Source: Eledone cirrhosa (Eukaryota). Taken from it: 64,000 nt of DNA. A model generated the notes under the pieces. That model worked only from the letters and a program-made list of their open reading frames with translations, made no database searches and had not been told where the DNA came from. The stretch is from the NCBI GenBank assembly GCA_964016885.1, contig CAXHJY010001758.1:1-64000 (forward strand), in the 5' to 3' direction. A program made the position numbers and the translations under genes. Numbering within the stretch: position 1 is the first letter of the stretch; the number at the start of each line of letters is the position of its first letter. Shown one piece after another: positions 10,501 through 25,600 of this stretch.

Positions 10501-13500
10501 CCGCCGGCAAATCGTCATTTTTGGATTCGTTTTCTTCGAAGCACACCATTCGCCGGCGGACTTTGTTGACGTTTAACACGGTTTGGTTCCACAGCCACAA
10601 CTATTGAATTTACGGAGATATCTTGCTGAAATTCACGCCACACATAGCCAATGAGTGTCTGCACATGTACCAGTAATTACAGATCGATCCGACCACGGGC
10701 GGCCGGCCCGCGATTGAAAAGGTAACTCCGCCGGCAAATCGTCATTTTTGGATTCGTTTTCTTCGAAACACACCATTCGCCGGCGGACTTTGTTGACGTT
10801 TAACACGGTTTGGTTCCACAGCCACAACTATTGATGTTACGGAGATATCTTGCTGGAATTCACGCCGCACATAGCCAATGAGTGTCTACACATGTACCAG
10901 TAATTACAGATCGATCCGACCACGGGCGGCCGGCCCGCGATTTTAAAGGTAACTCCGCCGGCAAATCGTCATTTTTGGATTCGTTTTCTTCGAAGCACAC
11001 CATTCGCCGGCGGACTTTGTTGACGTTTAACACGGTTTGGTTCCACAGCCACAACTATTGATTTTACGGAGATATCTTGCTGAAATTCACGCCGCACATA
11101 GCCAATGAGTGTCTGCACATGTACCAGTAATTACAGATCGATCCGACCACGGGCGGCCGGCCCGCGATTGAAAAGGTAACTCCGCCGGCAAATCGTCATT
11201 TTTGGATTCGTTTTCTTCGAAGCACACCATTCGCCGGCGGACTTTGTTGACGTTTAACACGGTTTGGTTCCACAGCCACAACTATTGAATTTACGGAGAT
11301 ATCTTGCTGAAATTCACGCCACACATAGCCAATGAGTGTCTGCACATGTACCAGTAATTACAGATCGATCCGACCACGGGCGGCCGGCCCGCGATTGAAA
11401 AGGTAACTCCGCCGGCAAATCGTCATTTTTGGATTCGTTTTCTTCGAAGCACACCATTCGCCGGCGGACTTTGTTGACGTTTAACACGGTTTGGTTCCAC
11501 AGCCACAACTATTGATTTTACGGAGATATCTTGCTGAAATTCACGCCACACATAGCCAATGAGTGTCTGCACATGTACCAGTAATTACAGATCGATCCGA
11601 CCACGGGCGGCCGGCCCGCGATTGAAAAGGTAACTCCGCCGGCAAATCGTCATTTTTGGATTCGTTTTCTTCGAAGCACACCATTCGCCGGCGGACTTTG
11701 TTGACGTTTAACACGGTTTGGTTCCACAGCCACAACTATTGATTTTACGGAGATATCTTGCTGAAATTCACGCCGCACATAGCCAATGAGTGTCTGCACA
11801 TGTACCAGTAATTACAGATCGATCCGACCACGGGCGGCCGGCCCGCGATTGAAAAGGTAACTCCGCCGGCAAATCGTCATTTTTGGATTCGTTTTCTTCG
11901 AAGCACACCATTCGCCGGCGGACTTTGTTGACGTTTAACACGGTTTGGTTCCACAGCCACAACTATTGAATTTACGGAGATATCTTGCTGAAATTCACGC
12001 CACACATAGCCAATGAGTGTCTGCACATGTACCAGTAATTACAGATCGATCCGACCACGGGCGGCCGGCCCGCGATTGAAAAGGTAACTCCGCCGGCAAA
12101 TCGTCATTTTTGGATTCGTTTTCTTCGAAGCACACCATTCGCCGGCGGACTTTGTTGACGTTTAACACGGTTTGGTTCCACAGCCACAACTATTGAATTT
12201 ACGGAGATATCTTGCTGAAATTCACGCCACACATAGCCAATGAGTGTCTGCACATGTACCAGTAATTACAGATCGATCCGACCACGGGCGGCCGGCCCGC
12301 GATTGAAAAGGTAACTCCGCCGGCAAATCGTCATTTTTGGATTCGTTTTCTTCGAAACACACCATTCGCCGGCGGACTTTGTTGACGTTTAACACGGTTT
12401 GGTTCCACAGCCACAACTATTGATGTTACGGAGATATCTTGCTGGAATTCACGCCGCACATAGCCAATGAGTGTCTACACATGTACCAGTAATTACAGAT
12501 CGATCCGACCACGGGCGGCCGGCCCGCGATTTTAAAGGTAACTCCGCCGGCAAATCGTCATTTTTGGATTCGTTTTCTTCGAAGCACACCATTCGCCGGC
12601 GGACTTTGTTGACGTTTAACACGGTTTGGTTCCACAGCCACAACTATTGATTTTACGGAGATATCTTGCTGAAATTCACGCCGCACATAGCCAATGAGTG
12701 TCTGCACATGTACCAGTAATTACAGATCGATCCGACCACGGGCGGCCGGCCCGCGATTGAAAAGGTAACTCCGCCGGCAAATCGTCATTTTTGGATTCGT
12801 TTTCTTCGAAGCACACCATTCGCCGGCGGACTTTGTTGACGTTTAACACGGTTTGGTTCCACAGCCACAACTATTGAATTTACGGAGATATCTTGCTGAA
12901 ATTCACGCCACACATAGCCAATGAGTGTCTGCACATGTACCAGTAATTACAGATCGATCCGACCACGGGCGGCCGGCCCGCGATTGAAAAGGTAACTCCG
13001 CCGGCAAATCGTCATTTTTGGATTCGTTTTCTTCGAAGCACACCATTCGCCGGCGGACTTTGTTGACGTTTAACACGGTTTGGTTCCACAGCCACAACTA
13101 TTGATTTTACGGAGATATCTTGCTGAAATTCACGCCACACATAGCCAATGAGTGTCTGCACATGTACCAGTAATTACAGATCGATCCGACCACGGGCGGC
13201 CGGCCCGCGATTGAAAAGGTAACTCCGCCGGCAAATCGTCATTTTTGGATTCGTTTTCTTCGAAGCACACCATTCGCCGGCGGACTTTGTTGACGTTTAA
13301 CACGGTTTGGTTCCACAGCCACAACTATTGATTTTACGGAGATATCTTGCTGAAATTCACGCCGCACATAGCCAATGAGTGTCTGCACATGTACCAGTAA
13401 TTACAGATCGATCCGACCACGGGCGGCCGGCCCGCGATTGAAAAGGTAACTCCGCCGGCAAATCGTCATTTTTGGATTCGTTTTCTTCGAAACACACCAT

Positions 13501-16500
13501 TCGCCGGCGGACTTTGTTGACGTTTAACACGGTTTGGTTCCACAGCCACAACTATTGATGTTACGGAGATATCTTGCTGGAATTCACGCCGCACATAGCC
13601 AATGAGTGTCTACACATGTACCAGTAATTACAGATCGATCCGACCACGGGCGGCCGGCCCGCGATTTTAAAGGTAACTCCGCCGGCAAATCGTCATTTTT
13701 GGATTCGTTTTCTTCGAAGCACACCATTCGCCGGCGGACTTTGTTGACGTTTAACACGGTTTGGTTCCACAGCCACAACTATTGATTTTACGGAGATATC
13801 TTGCTGAAATTCACGCCGCACATAGCCAATGAGTGTCTGCACATGTACCAGTAATTACAGATCGATCCGACCACGGGCGGCCGGCCCGCGATTGAAAAGG
13901 TAACTCCGCCGGCAAATCGTCATTTTTGGATTCGTTTTCTTCGAAGCACACCATTCGCCGGCGGACTTTGTTGACGTTTAACACGGTTTGGTTCCACAGC
14001 CACAACTATTGAATTTACGGAGATATCTTGCTGAAATTCACGCCACACATAGCCAATGAGTGTCTGCACATGTACCAGTAATTACAGATCGATCCGACCA
14101 CGGGCGGCCGGCCCGCGATTGAAAAGGTAACTCCGCCGGCAAATCGTCATTTTTGGATTCGTTTTCTTCGAAGCACACCATTCGCCGGCGGACTTTGTTG
14201 ACGTTTAACACGGTTTGGTTCCACAGCCACAACTATTGATTTTACGGAGATATCTTGCTGAAATTCACGCCACACATAGCCAATGAGTGTCTGCACATGT
14301 ACCAGTAATTACAGATCGATCCGACCACGGGCGGCCGGCCCGCGATTGAAAAGGTAACTCCGCCGGCAAATCGTCATTTTTGGATTCGTTTTCTTCGAAG
14401 CACACCATTCGCCGGCGGACTTTGTTGACGTTTAACACGGTTTGGTTCCACAGCCACAACTATTGATTTTACGGAGATATCTTGCTGAAATTCACGCCGC
14501 ACATAGCCAATGAGTGTCTGCACATGTACCAGTAATTACAGATCGATCCGACCACGGGCGGCCGGCCCGCGATTGAAAAGGTAACTCCGCCGGCAAATCG
14601 TCATTTTTGGATTCGTTTTCTTCGAAGCACACCATTCGCCGGCGGACTTTGTTGACGTTTAACACGGTTTGGTTCCACAGCCACAACTATTGAATTTACG
14701 GAGATATCTTGCTGAAATTCACGCCACACATAGCCAATGAGTGTCTGCACATGTACCAGTAATTACAGATCGATCCGACCACGGGCGGCCGGCCCGCGAT
14801 TGAAAAGGTAACTCCGCCGGCAAATCGTCATTTTTGGATTCGTTTTCTTCGAAGCACACCATTCGCCGGCGGACTTTGTTGACGTTTAACACGGTTTGGT
14901 TCCACAGCCACAACTATTGATTTTACGGAGATATCTTGCTGAAATTCACGCCACACATAGCCAATGAGTGTCTGCACATGTACCAGTAATTACAGATCGA
15001 TCCGACCACGGGCGGCCGGCCCGCGATTGAAAAGGTAACTCCGCCGGCAAATCGTCATTTTTGGATTCGTTTTCTTCGAAGCACACCATTCGCCGGCGGA
15101 CTTTGTTGACGTTTAACACGGTTTGGTTCCACAGCCACAACTATTGAATTTACGGAGATATCTTGCTGAAATTCACGCCACACATAGCCAATGAGTGTCT
15201 GCACATGTACCAGTAATTACAGATCGATCCGACCACGGGCGGCCGGCCCGCGATTGAAAAGGTAACTCCGCCAGCAAATCGTCATTTTTGGATTCGTTTT
15301 CTTCGAAACACACCATTCGCCGGCGGACTTTGTTGACGTTTAACACGGTTTGGTTCCACAGCCACAACTATTGATGTTACGGAGATATCTTGCTGAAATT
15401 CACGCCGCACATAGCCAATGAGTGTCTGCACATGTACCAGTAATTACAGATCGATCCGACCACGGGCGGCCGGCCCGCGATTGAAAAGGTAACTCCGCCG
15501 GCAAATCGTCATTTTTGGATTCGTTTTCTTCGAAGCACACCATTCGCCGGCGGACTTTGTTGACGTTTAACACGGTTTGGTTCCACAGCCACAACTATTG
15601 AATTTACGGAGATATCTTGCTGAAATTCACGCCACACATAGCCAATGAGTGTCTGCACATGTACCAGTAATTACAGATCGATCCGACCACGGGCGGCCGG
15701 CCCGCGATTGAAAAGGTAACTCCGCCGGCAAATCGTCATTTTTGGATTCGTTTTCTTCGAAGCACACCATTCGCCGGCGGACTTTGTTGACGTTTAACAC
15801 GGTTTGGTTCCACAGCCACAACTATTGAATTTACGGAGATATCTTGCTGAAATTCACGCCACACATAGCCAATGAGTGTCTGCACATGTACCAGTAATTA
15901 CAGATCGATCCGACCACGGGCGGCCGGCCCGCGATTGAAAAGGTAACTCCGCCGGCAAATCGTCATTTTTGGATTCGTTTTCTTCGAAACACACCATTCG
16001 CCGGCGGACTTTGTTGACGTTTAACACGGTTTGGTTCCACAGCCACAACTATTGATGTTACGGAGATATCTTGCTGGAATTCACGCCGCACATAGCCAAT
16101 GAGTGTCTACACATGTACCAGTAATTACAGATCGATCCGACCACGGGCGGCCGGCACGCGATTTTAAAGGTAACTCCGCCGGCAAATCGTCATTTTTGGA
16201 TTCGTTTTCTTCGAAGCACACCATTCGCCGGCGGACTTTGTTGACGTTTAACACGGTTTGGTTCCACAGCCACAACTATTGATTTTACGGAGATATCTTG
16301 CTGAAATTCACGCCGCACATAGCCAATGAGTGTCTGCACATGTACCAGTAATTACAGATCGATCCGACCACGGGCGGCCGGCCCGCGATTGAAAAGGTAA
16401 CTCCGCCGGCAAATCGTCATTTTTGGATTCGTTTTCTTCGAAGCACACCATTCGCCGGCGGACTTTGTTGACGTTTAACACGGTTTGGTTCCACAGCCAC

Positions 16501-19500
16501 AACTATTGAATTTACGGAGATATCTTGCTGAAATTCACGCCACACATAGCCAATGAGTGTCTGCACATGTACCAGTAATTACAGATCGATCCGACCACGG
16601 GCGGCCGGCCCGCGATTGAAAAGGTAACTCCGCCGGCAAATCGTCATTTTTGGATTCGTTTTCTTCGAAGCACACCATTCGCCGGCGGACTTTGTTGACG
16701 TTTAACACGGTTTGGTTCCACAGCCACAACTATTGATTTTACGGAGATATCTTGCTGAAATTCACGCCACACATAGCCAATGAGTGTCTGCACATGTACC
16801 AGTAATTACAGATCGATCCGACCACGGGCGGCCGGCCCGCGATTGAAAAGGTAACTCCGCCGGCAAATCGTCATTTTTGGATTCGTTTTCTTCGAAGCAC
16901 ACCATTCGCCGGCGGACTTTGTTGACGTTTAACACGGTTTGGTTCCACAGCCACAACTATTGATTTTACGGAGATATCTTGCTGAAATTCACGCCGCACA
17001 TAGCCAATGAGTGTCTGCACATGTACCAGTAATTACAGATCGATCCGACCACGGGCGGCCGGCCCGCGATTGAAAAGGTAACTCCGCCGGCAAATCGTCA
17101 TTTTTGGATTCGTTTTCTTCGAAGCACACCATTCGCCGGCGGACTTTGTTGACGTTTAACACGGTTTGGTTCCACAGCCACAACTATTGAATTTACGGAG
17201 ATATCTTGCTGAAATTCACGCCACACATAGCCAATGAGTGTCTGCACATGTACCAGTAATTACAGATCGATCCGACCACGGGCGGCCGGCCCGCGATTGA
17301 AAAGGTAACTCCGCCGGCAAATCGTCATTTTTGGATTCGTTTTCTTCGAAGCACACCATTCGCCGGCGGACTTTGTTGACGTTTAACACGGTTTGGTTCC
17401 ACAGCCACAACTATTGAATTTACGGAGATATCTTGCTGAAATTCACGCCACACATAGCCAATGAGTGTCTGCACATGTACCAGTAATTACAGATCGATCC
17501 GACCACGGGCGGCCGGCCCGCGATTGAAAAGGTAACTCCGCCGGCAAATCGTCATTTTTGGATTCGTTTTCTTCGAAACACACCATTCGCCGGCGGACTT
17601 TGTTGACGTTTAACACGGTTTGGTTCCACAGCCACAACTATTGATGTTACGGAGATATCTTGCTGGAATTCACGCCGCACATAGCCAATGAGTGTCTACA
17701 CATGTACCAGTAATTACAGATCGATCCGACCACGGGCGGCCGGCCCGCGATTTTAAAGGTAACTCCGCCGGCAAATCGTCATTTTTGGATTCGTTTTCTT
17801 CGAAGCACACCATTCGCCGGCGGACTTTGTTGACGTTTAACACGGTTTGGTTCCACAGCCACAACTATTGATTTTACGGAGATATCTTGCTGAAATTCAC
17901 GCCGCACATAGCCAATGAGTGTCTGCACATGTACCAGTAATTACAGATCGATCCGACCACGGGCGGCCGGCCCGCGATTGAAAAGGTAACTCCGCCGGCA
18001 AATCGTCATTTTTGGATTCGTTTTCTTCGAAGCACACCATTCGCCGGCGGACTTTGTTGACGTTTAACACGGTTTGGTTCCACAGCCACAACTATTGAAT
18101 TTACGGAGATATCTTGCTGAAATTCACGCCACACATAGCCAATGAGTGTCTGCACATGTACCAGTAATTACAGATCGATCCGACCACGGGCGGCCGGCCC
18201 GCGATTGAAAAGGTAACTCCGCCGGCAAATCGTCATTTTTGGATTCGTTTTCTTCGAAGCACACCATTCGCCGGCGGACTTTGTTGACGTTTAACACGGT
18301 TTGGTTCCACAGCCACAACTATTGATTTTACGGAGATATCTTGCTGAAATTCACGCCACACATAGCCAATGAGTGTCTGCACATGTACCAGTAATTACAG
18401 ATCGATCCGACCACGGGCGGCCGGCCCGCGATTGAAAAGGTAACTCCGCCGGCAAATCGTCATTTTTGGATTCGTTTTCTTCGAAGCACACCATTCGCCG
18501 GCGGACTTTGTTGACGTTTAACACGGTTTGGTTCCACAGCCACAACTATTGATTTTACGGAGATATCTTGCTGAAATTCACGCCGCACATAGCCAATGAG
18601 TGTCTGCACATGTACCAGTAATTACAGATCGATCCGACCACGGGCGGCCGGCCCGCGATTGAAAAGGTAACTCCGCCGGCAAATCGTCATTTTTGGATTC
18701 GTTTTCTTCGAAACACACCATTCGCCGGCGGACTTTGTTGACGTTTAACACGGTTTGGTTCCACAGCCACAACTATTGATGTTACGGAGATATCTTGCTG
18801 GAATTCACGCCGCACATAGCCAATGAGTGTCTACACATGTACCAGTAATTACAGATCGATCCGACCACGGGCGGCCGGCCCGCGATTTTAAAGGTAACTC
18901 CGCCGGCAAATCGTCATTTTTGGATTCGTTTTCTTCGAAGCACACCATTCGCCGGCGGACTTTGTTGACGTTTAACACGGTTTGGTTCCACAGCCACAAC
19001 TATTGATTTTACGGAGATATCTTGCTGAAATTCACGCCGCACATAGCCAATGAGTGTCTGCACATGTACCAGTAATTACAGATCGATCCGACCACGGGCG
19101 GCCGGCCCGCGATTGAAAAGGTAACTCCGCCGGCAAATCGTCATTTTTGGATTCGTTTTCTTCGAAGCACACCATTCGCCGGCGGACTTTGTTGACGTTT
19201 AACACGGTTTGGTTCCACAGCCACAACTATTGATTTTACGGAGATATCTTGCTGAAATTCACGCCACACATAGCCAATGAGTGTCTGCACATGTACCAGT
19301 AATTACAGATCGATCCGACCACGGGCGGCCGGCCCGCGATTGAAAAGGTAACTCCGCCGGCAAATCGTCATTTTTGGATTCGTTTTCTTCGAAGCACACC
19401 ATTCGCCGGCGGACTTTGTTGACGTTTAACACGGTTTGGTTCCACAGCCACAACTATTGAATTTACGGAGATATCTTGCTGAAATTCACGCCACACATAG

Positions 19501-22500
19501 CCAATGAGTGTCTGCACATGTACCAGTAATTACAGATCGATCCGACCACGGGCGGCCGGCCCGCGATTGAAAAGGTAACTCCGCCAGCAAATCGTCATTT
19601 TTGGATTCGTTTTCTTCGAAACACACCATTCGCCGGCGGACTTTGTTGACGTTTAACACGGTTTGGTTCCACAGCCACAACTATTGATGTTACGGAGATA
19701 TCTTGCTGGAATTCACGCCGCACATAGCCAATGAGTGTCTACACATGTACCAGTAATTACAGATCGATCCGACCACGGGCGGCCGGCCCGCGATTTTAAA
19801 GGTAACTCCGCCGGCAAATCGTCATTTTTGGATTCGTTTTCTTCGAAGCACACCATTCGCCGGCGGACTTTGTTGACGTTTAACACGGTTTGGTTCCACA
19901 GCCACAACTATTGATTTTACGGAGATATCTTGCTGAAATTCACGCCGCACATAGCCAATGAGTGTCTGCACATGTACCAGTAATTACAGATCGATCCGAC
20001 CACGGGCGGCCGGCCCGCGATTGAAAAGGTAACTCCGCCGGCAAATCGTCATTTTTGGATTCGTTTTCTTCGAAGCACACCATTCGCCGGCGGACTTTGT
20101 TGACGTTTAACACGGTTTGGTTCCACAGCCACAACTATTGAATTTACGGAGATATCTTGCTGAAATTCACGCCACACATAGCCAATGAGTGTCTGCACAT
20201 GTACCAGTAATTACAGATCGATCCGACCACGGGCGGCCGGCCCGCGATTGAAAAGGTAACTCCGCCGGCAAATCGTCATTTTTGGATTCGTTTTCTTCGA
20301 AGCACACCATTCGCCGGCGGACTTTGTTGACGTTTAACACGGTTTGGTTCCACAGCCACAACTATTGATTTTACGGAGATATCTTGCTGAAATTCACGCC
20401 ACACATAGCCAATGAGTGTCTGCACATGTACCAGTAATTACAGATCGATCCGACCACGGGCGGCCGGCCCGCGATTGAAAAGGTAACTCCGCCGGCAAAT
20501 CGTCATTTTTGGATTCGTTTTCTTCGAAGCACACCATTCGCCGGCGGACTTTGTTGACGTTTAACACGGTTTGGTTCCACAGCCACAACTATTGATTTTA
20601 CGGAGATATCTTGCTGAAATTCACGCCGCACATAGCCAATGAGTGTCTGCACATGTACCAGTAATTACAGATCGATCCGACCACGGGCGGCCGGCCCGCG
20701 ATTGAAAAGGTAACTCCGCCGGCAAATCGTCATTTTTGGATTCGTTTTCTTCGAAGCACACCATTCGCCGGCGGACTTTGTTGACGTTTAACACGGTTTG
20801 GTTCCACAGCCACAACTATTGAATTTACGGAGATATCTTGCTGAAATTCACGCCACACATAGCCAATGAGTGTCTGCACATGTACCAGTAATTACAGATC
20901 GATCCGACCACGGGCGGCCGGCCCGCGATTGAAAAGGTAACTCCGCCGGCAAATCGTCATTTTTGGATTCGTTTTCTTCGAAGCACACCATTCGCCGGCG
21001 GACTTTGTTGACGTTTAACACGGTTTGGTTCCACAGCCACAACTATTGAATTTACGGAGATATCTTGCTGAAATTCACGCCACACATAGCCAATGAGTGT
21101 CTGCACATGTACCAGTAATTACAGATCGATCCGACCACGGGCGGCCGGCCCGCGATTGAAAAGGTAACTCCGCCAGCAAATCGTCATTTTTGGATTCGTT
21201 TTCTTCGAAACACACCATTCGCCGGCGGACTTTGTTGACGTTTAACACGGTTTGGTTCCACAGCCACAACTATTGATGTTACGGAGATATCTTGCTGGAA
21301 TTCACGCCGCACATAGCCAATGAGTGTCTACACATGTACCAGTAATTACAGATCGATCCGACCACGGGCGGCCGGCCCGCGATTTTAAAGGTAACTCCGC
21401 CGGCAAATCGTCATTTTTGGATTCGTTTTCTTCGAAGCACACCATTCGCCGGCGGACTTTGTTGACGTTTAACACGGTTTGGTTCCACAGCCACAACTAT
21501 TGATTTTACGGAGATATCTTGCTGAAATTCACGCCGCACATAGCCAATGAGTGTCTGCACATGTACCAGTAATTACAGATCGATCCGACCACGGGCGGCC
21601 GGCCCGCGATTGAAAAGGTAACTCCGCCGGCAAATCGTCATTTTTGGATTCGTTTTCTTCGAAGCACACCATTCGCCGGCGGACTTTGTTGACGTTTAAC
21701 ACGGTTTGGTTCCACAGCCACAACTATTGAATTTACGGAGATATCTTGCTGAAATTCACGCCACACATAGCCAATGAGTGTCTGCACATGTACCAGTAAT
21801 TACAGATCGATCCGACCACGGGCGGCCGGCCCGCGATTGAAAAGGTAACTCCGCCGGCAAATCGTCATTTTTGGATTCGTTTTCTTCGAAGCACACCATT
21901 CGCCGGCGGACTTTGTTGACGTTTAACACGGTTTGGTTCCACAGCCACAACTATTGATTTTACGGAGATATCTTGCTGAAATTCACGCCACACATAGCCA
22001 ATGAGTGTCTGCACATGTACCAGTAATTACAGATCGATCCGACCACGGGCGGCCGGCCCGCGATTGAAAAGGTAACTCCGCCGGCAAATCGTCATTTTTG
22101 GATTCGTTTTCTTCGAAGCACACCATTCGCCGGCGGACTTTGTTGACGTTTAACACGGTTTGGTTCCACAGCCACAACTATTGATTTTACGGAGATATCT
22201 TGCTGAAATTCACGCCGCACATAGCCAATGAGTGTCTGCACATGTACCAGTAATTACAGATCGATCCGACCACGGGCGGCCGGCCCGCGATTGAAAAGGT
22301 AACTCCGCCGGCAAATCGTCATTTTTGGATTCGTTTTCTTCGAAGCACACCATTCGCCGGCGGACTTTGTTGACGTTTAACACGGTTTGGTTCCACAGCC
22401 ACAACTATTGAATTTACGGAGATATCTTGCTGAAATTCACGCCACACATAGCCAATGAGTGTCTGCACATGTACCAGTAATTACAGATCGATCCGACCAC

Positions 22501-22663
22501 GGGCGGCCGGCCCGCGATTGAAAAGGTAACTCCGCCGGCAAATCGTCATTTTTGGATTCGTTTTCTTCGAAGCACACCATTCGCCGGCGGACTTTGTTGA
22601 CGTTTAACACGGTTTGGTTCCACAGCCACAACTATTGATGTTACGGAGATATCTTGCTGGAAT
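4504..22663. repeat. HOR layer A: 7-mer (1589 bp) with 5-, 4- and 11-mer variants
   Basis: The marker monomer with tctacac + attttaaagg (LK/CVD in the ORF track) occurs at 4504, 5412, 7001, 8590, 9725, 10860, 12449, 13584, 16081, 17670, 18805, 19713 and 21302. Spacings are 4,7,7,5,5,7,5,11,7,5,4,7 monomers. Confidence 0.85.
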
Positions 22664-25600
22664 TCACGCCGCACATAGCCAATGAGTGTCTGCACATGTA
22701 CCAGTAATTACAGATCGATCCGACCACGGGCGGCCGGCCCGCGATTTTAAAGGTAACTCCGCCGGCAAATCGTCATTTTTGGATTCGTTTTCTTCGAAGC
22801 ACACCATTCGCCGGCGGACTTTGTTGACGTTTAACACGGTTTGGTTCCACAGCCACAACTATTGATTTTACGGAGATATCTTGCTGAAATTCACGCCGCA
22901 CATAGCCAATGAGTGTCTGCACATGTACCAGTAATTACAGATCGATCCGACCACGGGCGGCCGGCCCGCGATTTTAAAGGTAACTCCGCCGGCAAATCGT
23001 CATTTTTGGATTCGTTTTCTTCGAAACACACCATTCGCCGGCGGACTTTGTTGACGTTTAACACGGTTTGGTTCCACAGCCACAACTATTGATTTTACGG
23101 AGATATCTTGCTGAAATTCACGCCGCACATAGCCAATGAGTGTGTGCACATGTACCAGTAATTACAGATCGATCCGACCACGGGCGGCCGGCCCGCGATT
23201 GAAAAGGTAACTCCGCCGGCAAATCGTCATTTTTGGATTCGTTTTCTTCGAAGCACACCATTCGCCTGCGGACTTTGTTGACGTTTAACACGGTTTGGTT
23301 CCACAGCCACAACTATTGATTTTACGGAGATATCTTGCTGAAATTCACGCCACACATAGCCAATGAGTGTCTGCACATGTACCAGTAATTACAGATCGAT
23401 CCGACCACGGGCGGCCGGCCCGCGATTTTAAAGGTAACTCCGCCGGCAAATCGTCATTTTTGGATTCGTTTTCTTCGAAGCACACCATTCGCCGGCGGAC
23501 TTTGTTGACGTTTAACACGGTTTGGTTCCACAGCCACAACTATTGATTTTACGGAGATATCTTGCTGAAATTCACGCCGCACATAGCCAATGAGTGTCTG
23601 CACATGTACCAGTAATTACAGATCGATCCGACCACGGGCGGCCGGCCCGCGATTGAAAAGGTAACTCCGCCGGCAAATCGTCATTTTTGGATTCGTTTTC
23701 TTCGAAGCACACCATTCGCCGGCGGACTTTGTTGACGTTTAACACGGTTTGGTTCCACAGCCACAACTATTGAATTTACGGAGATATCTTGCTGAAATTC
23801 ACGCCACACATAGCCAATGAGTGTCTGCACATGTACCAGTAATTACAGATCGATCCGACCACGGGCGGCCGGCCCGCGATTGAAAAGGTAACTCCGCCGG
23901 CAAATCGTCATTTTTGGATTCGTTTTCTTCGAAGCACACCATTCGCCGGCGGACTTTGTTGACGTTTAACACGGTTTGGTTCCACAGCCACAACTATTGA
24001 TTTTACGGAGATATCTTGCTGAAATTCACGCCACACATAGCCAATGAGTGTCTGCACATGTACCAGTAATTACAGATCGATCCGACCACGGGCGGCCGAC
24101 CCGCGATTGAAAAGGTAACTCCGCCGGCAAATCGTCATTTTTGGATTCGTTTTCTTCGAAGCACACCATTCGCCGGCGGACTTTGTTGACGTTTAACACG
24201 GTTTGGTTCCACAGCCACAACTATTGATTTTACGGAGATATCTTGCTGAAATTCACGCCGCACATAGCCAATGAGTGTCTGCACATGTACCAGTAATTAC
24301 AGATCGATCCGACCACGGGCGGCCGGCCCGCGATTGAAAAGGTAACTCCGCCGGCAAATCGTCATTTTTGGATTCGTTTTCTTCGAAGCACACCATTCGC
24401 CGGCGGACTTTGTTGACGTTTAACACGGTTTGGTTCCACAGCCACAACTATTGAATTTACGGAGATATCTTGCTGAAATTCACGCCACACATAGCCAATG
24501 AGTGTCTGCACATGTACCAGTAATTACAGATCGATCCGACCACGGGCGGCCGGCCCGCGATTGAAAAGGTAACTCCGCCGGCAAATCGTCATTTTTGGAT
24601 TCGTTTTCTTCGAAGCACACCATTCGCCGGCGGACTTTGTTGACGTTTAACACGGTTTGGTTCCACAGCCACAACTATTGATGTTACGGAGATATCTTGC
24701 TGGAATTCACGCCGCACATAGCCAATGAGTGTCTGCACATGTACCAGTAATTACAGATCGATCCGACCACGGGCGGCCGGCCCGCGATTTTAAAGGTAAC
24801 TCCGCCGGCAAATCGTCATTTTTGGATTCGTTTTCTTCGAAGCACACCATTCGCCGGCGGACTTTGTTGACGTTTAACACGGTTTGGTTCCACAGCCACA
24901 ACTATTGATTTTACGGAGATATCTTGCTGAAATTCACGCCGCACATAGCCAATGAGTGTCTGCACATGTACCAGTAATTACAGATCGATCCGACCACGGG
25001 CGGCCGGCCCGCGATTGAAAAGGTAACTCCGCCGGCAAATCGTCATTTTTGGATTCGTTTTCTTCGAAGCACACCATTCGCCGGCGGACTTTGTTGACGT
25101 TTAACACGGTTTGGTTCCACAGCCACAACTATTGAATTTACGGAGATATCTTGCTGAAATTCACGCCACACATAGCCAATGAGTGTCTGCACATGTACCA
25201 GTAATTACAGATCGATCCGACCACGGGCGGCCGGCCCGCGATTGAAAAGGTAACTCCGCCGGCAAATCGTCATTTTTGGATTCGTTTTCTTCGAAGCACA
25301 CCATTCGCCGGCGGACTTTGTTGACGTTTAACACGGTTTGGTTCCACAGCCACAACTATTGATGTTACGGAGATATCTTGCTGGAATTCACGCCGCACAT
25401 AGCCAATGAGTGTCTGCACATGTACCAGTAATTACAGATCGATCCGACCACGGGCGGCCGGCCCGCGATTTTAAAGGTAACTCCGCCGGCAAATCGTCAT
25501 TTTTGGATTCGTTTTCTTCGAAGCACACCATTCGCCGGCGGACTTTGTTGACGTTTAACACGGTTTGGTTCCACAGCCACAACTATTGATTTTACGGAGA

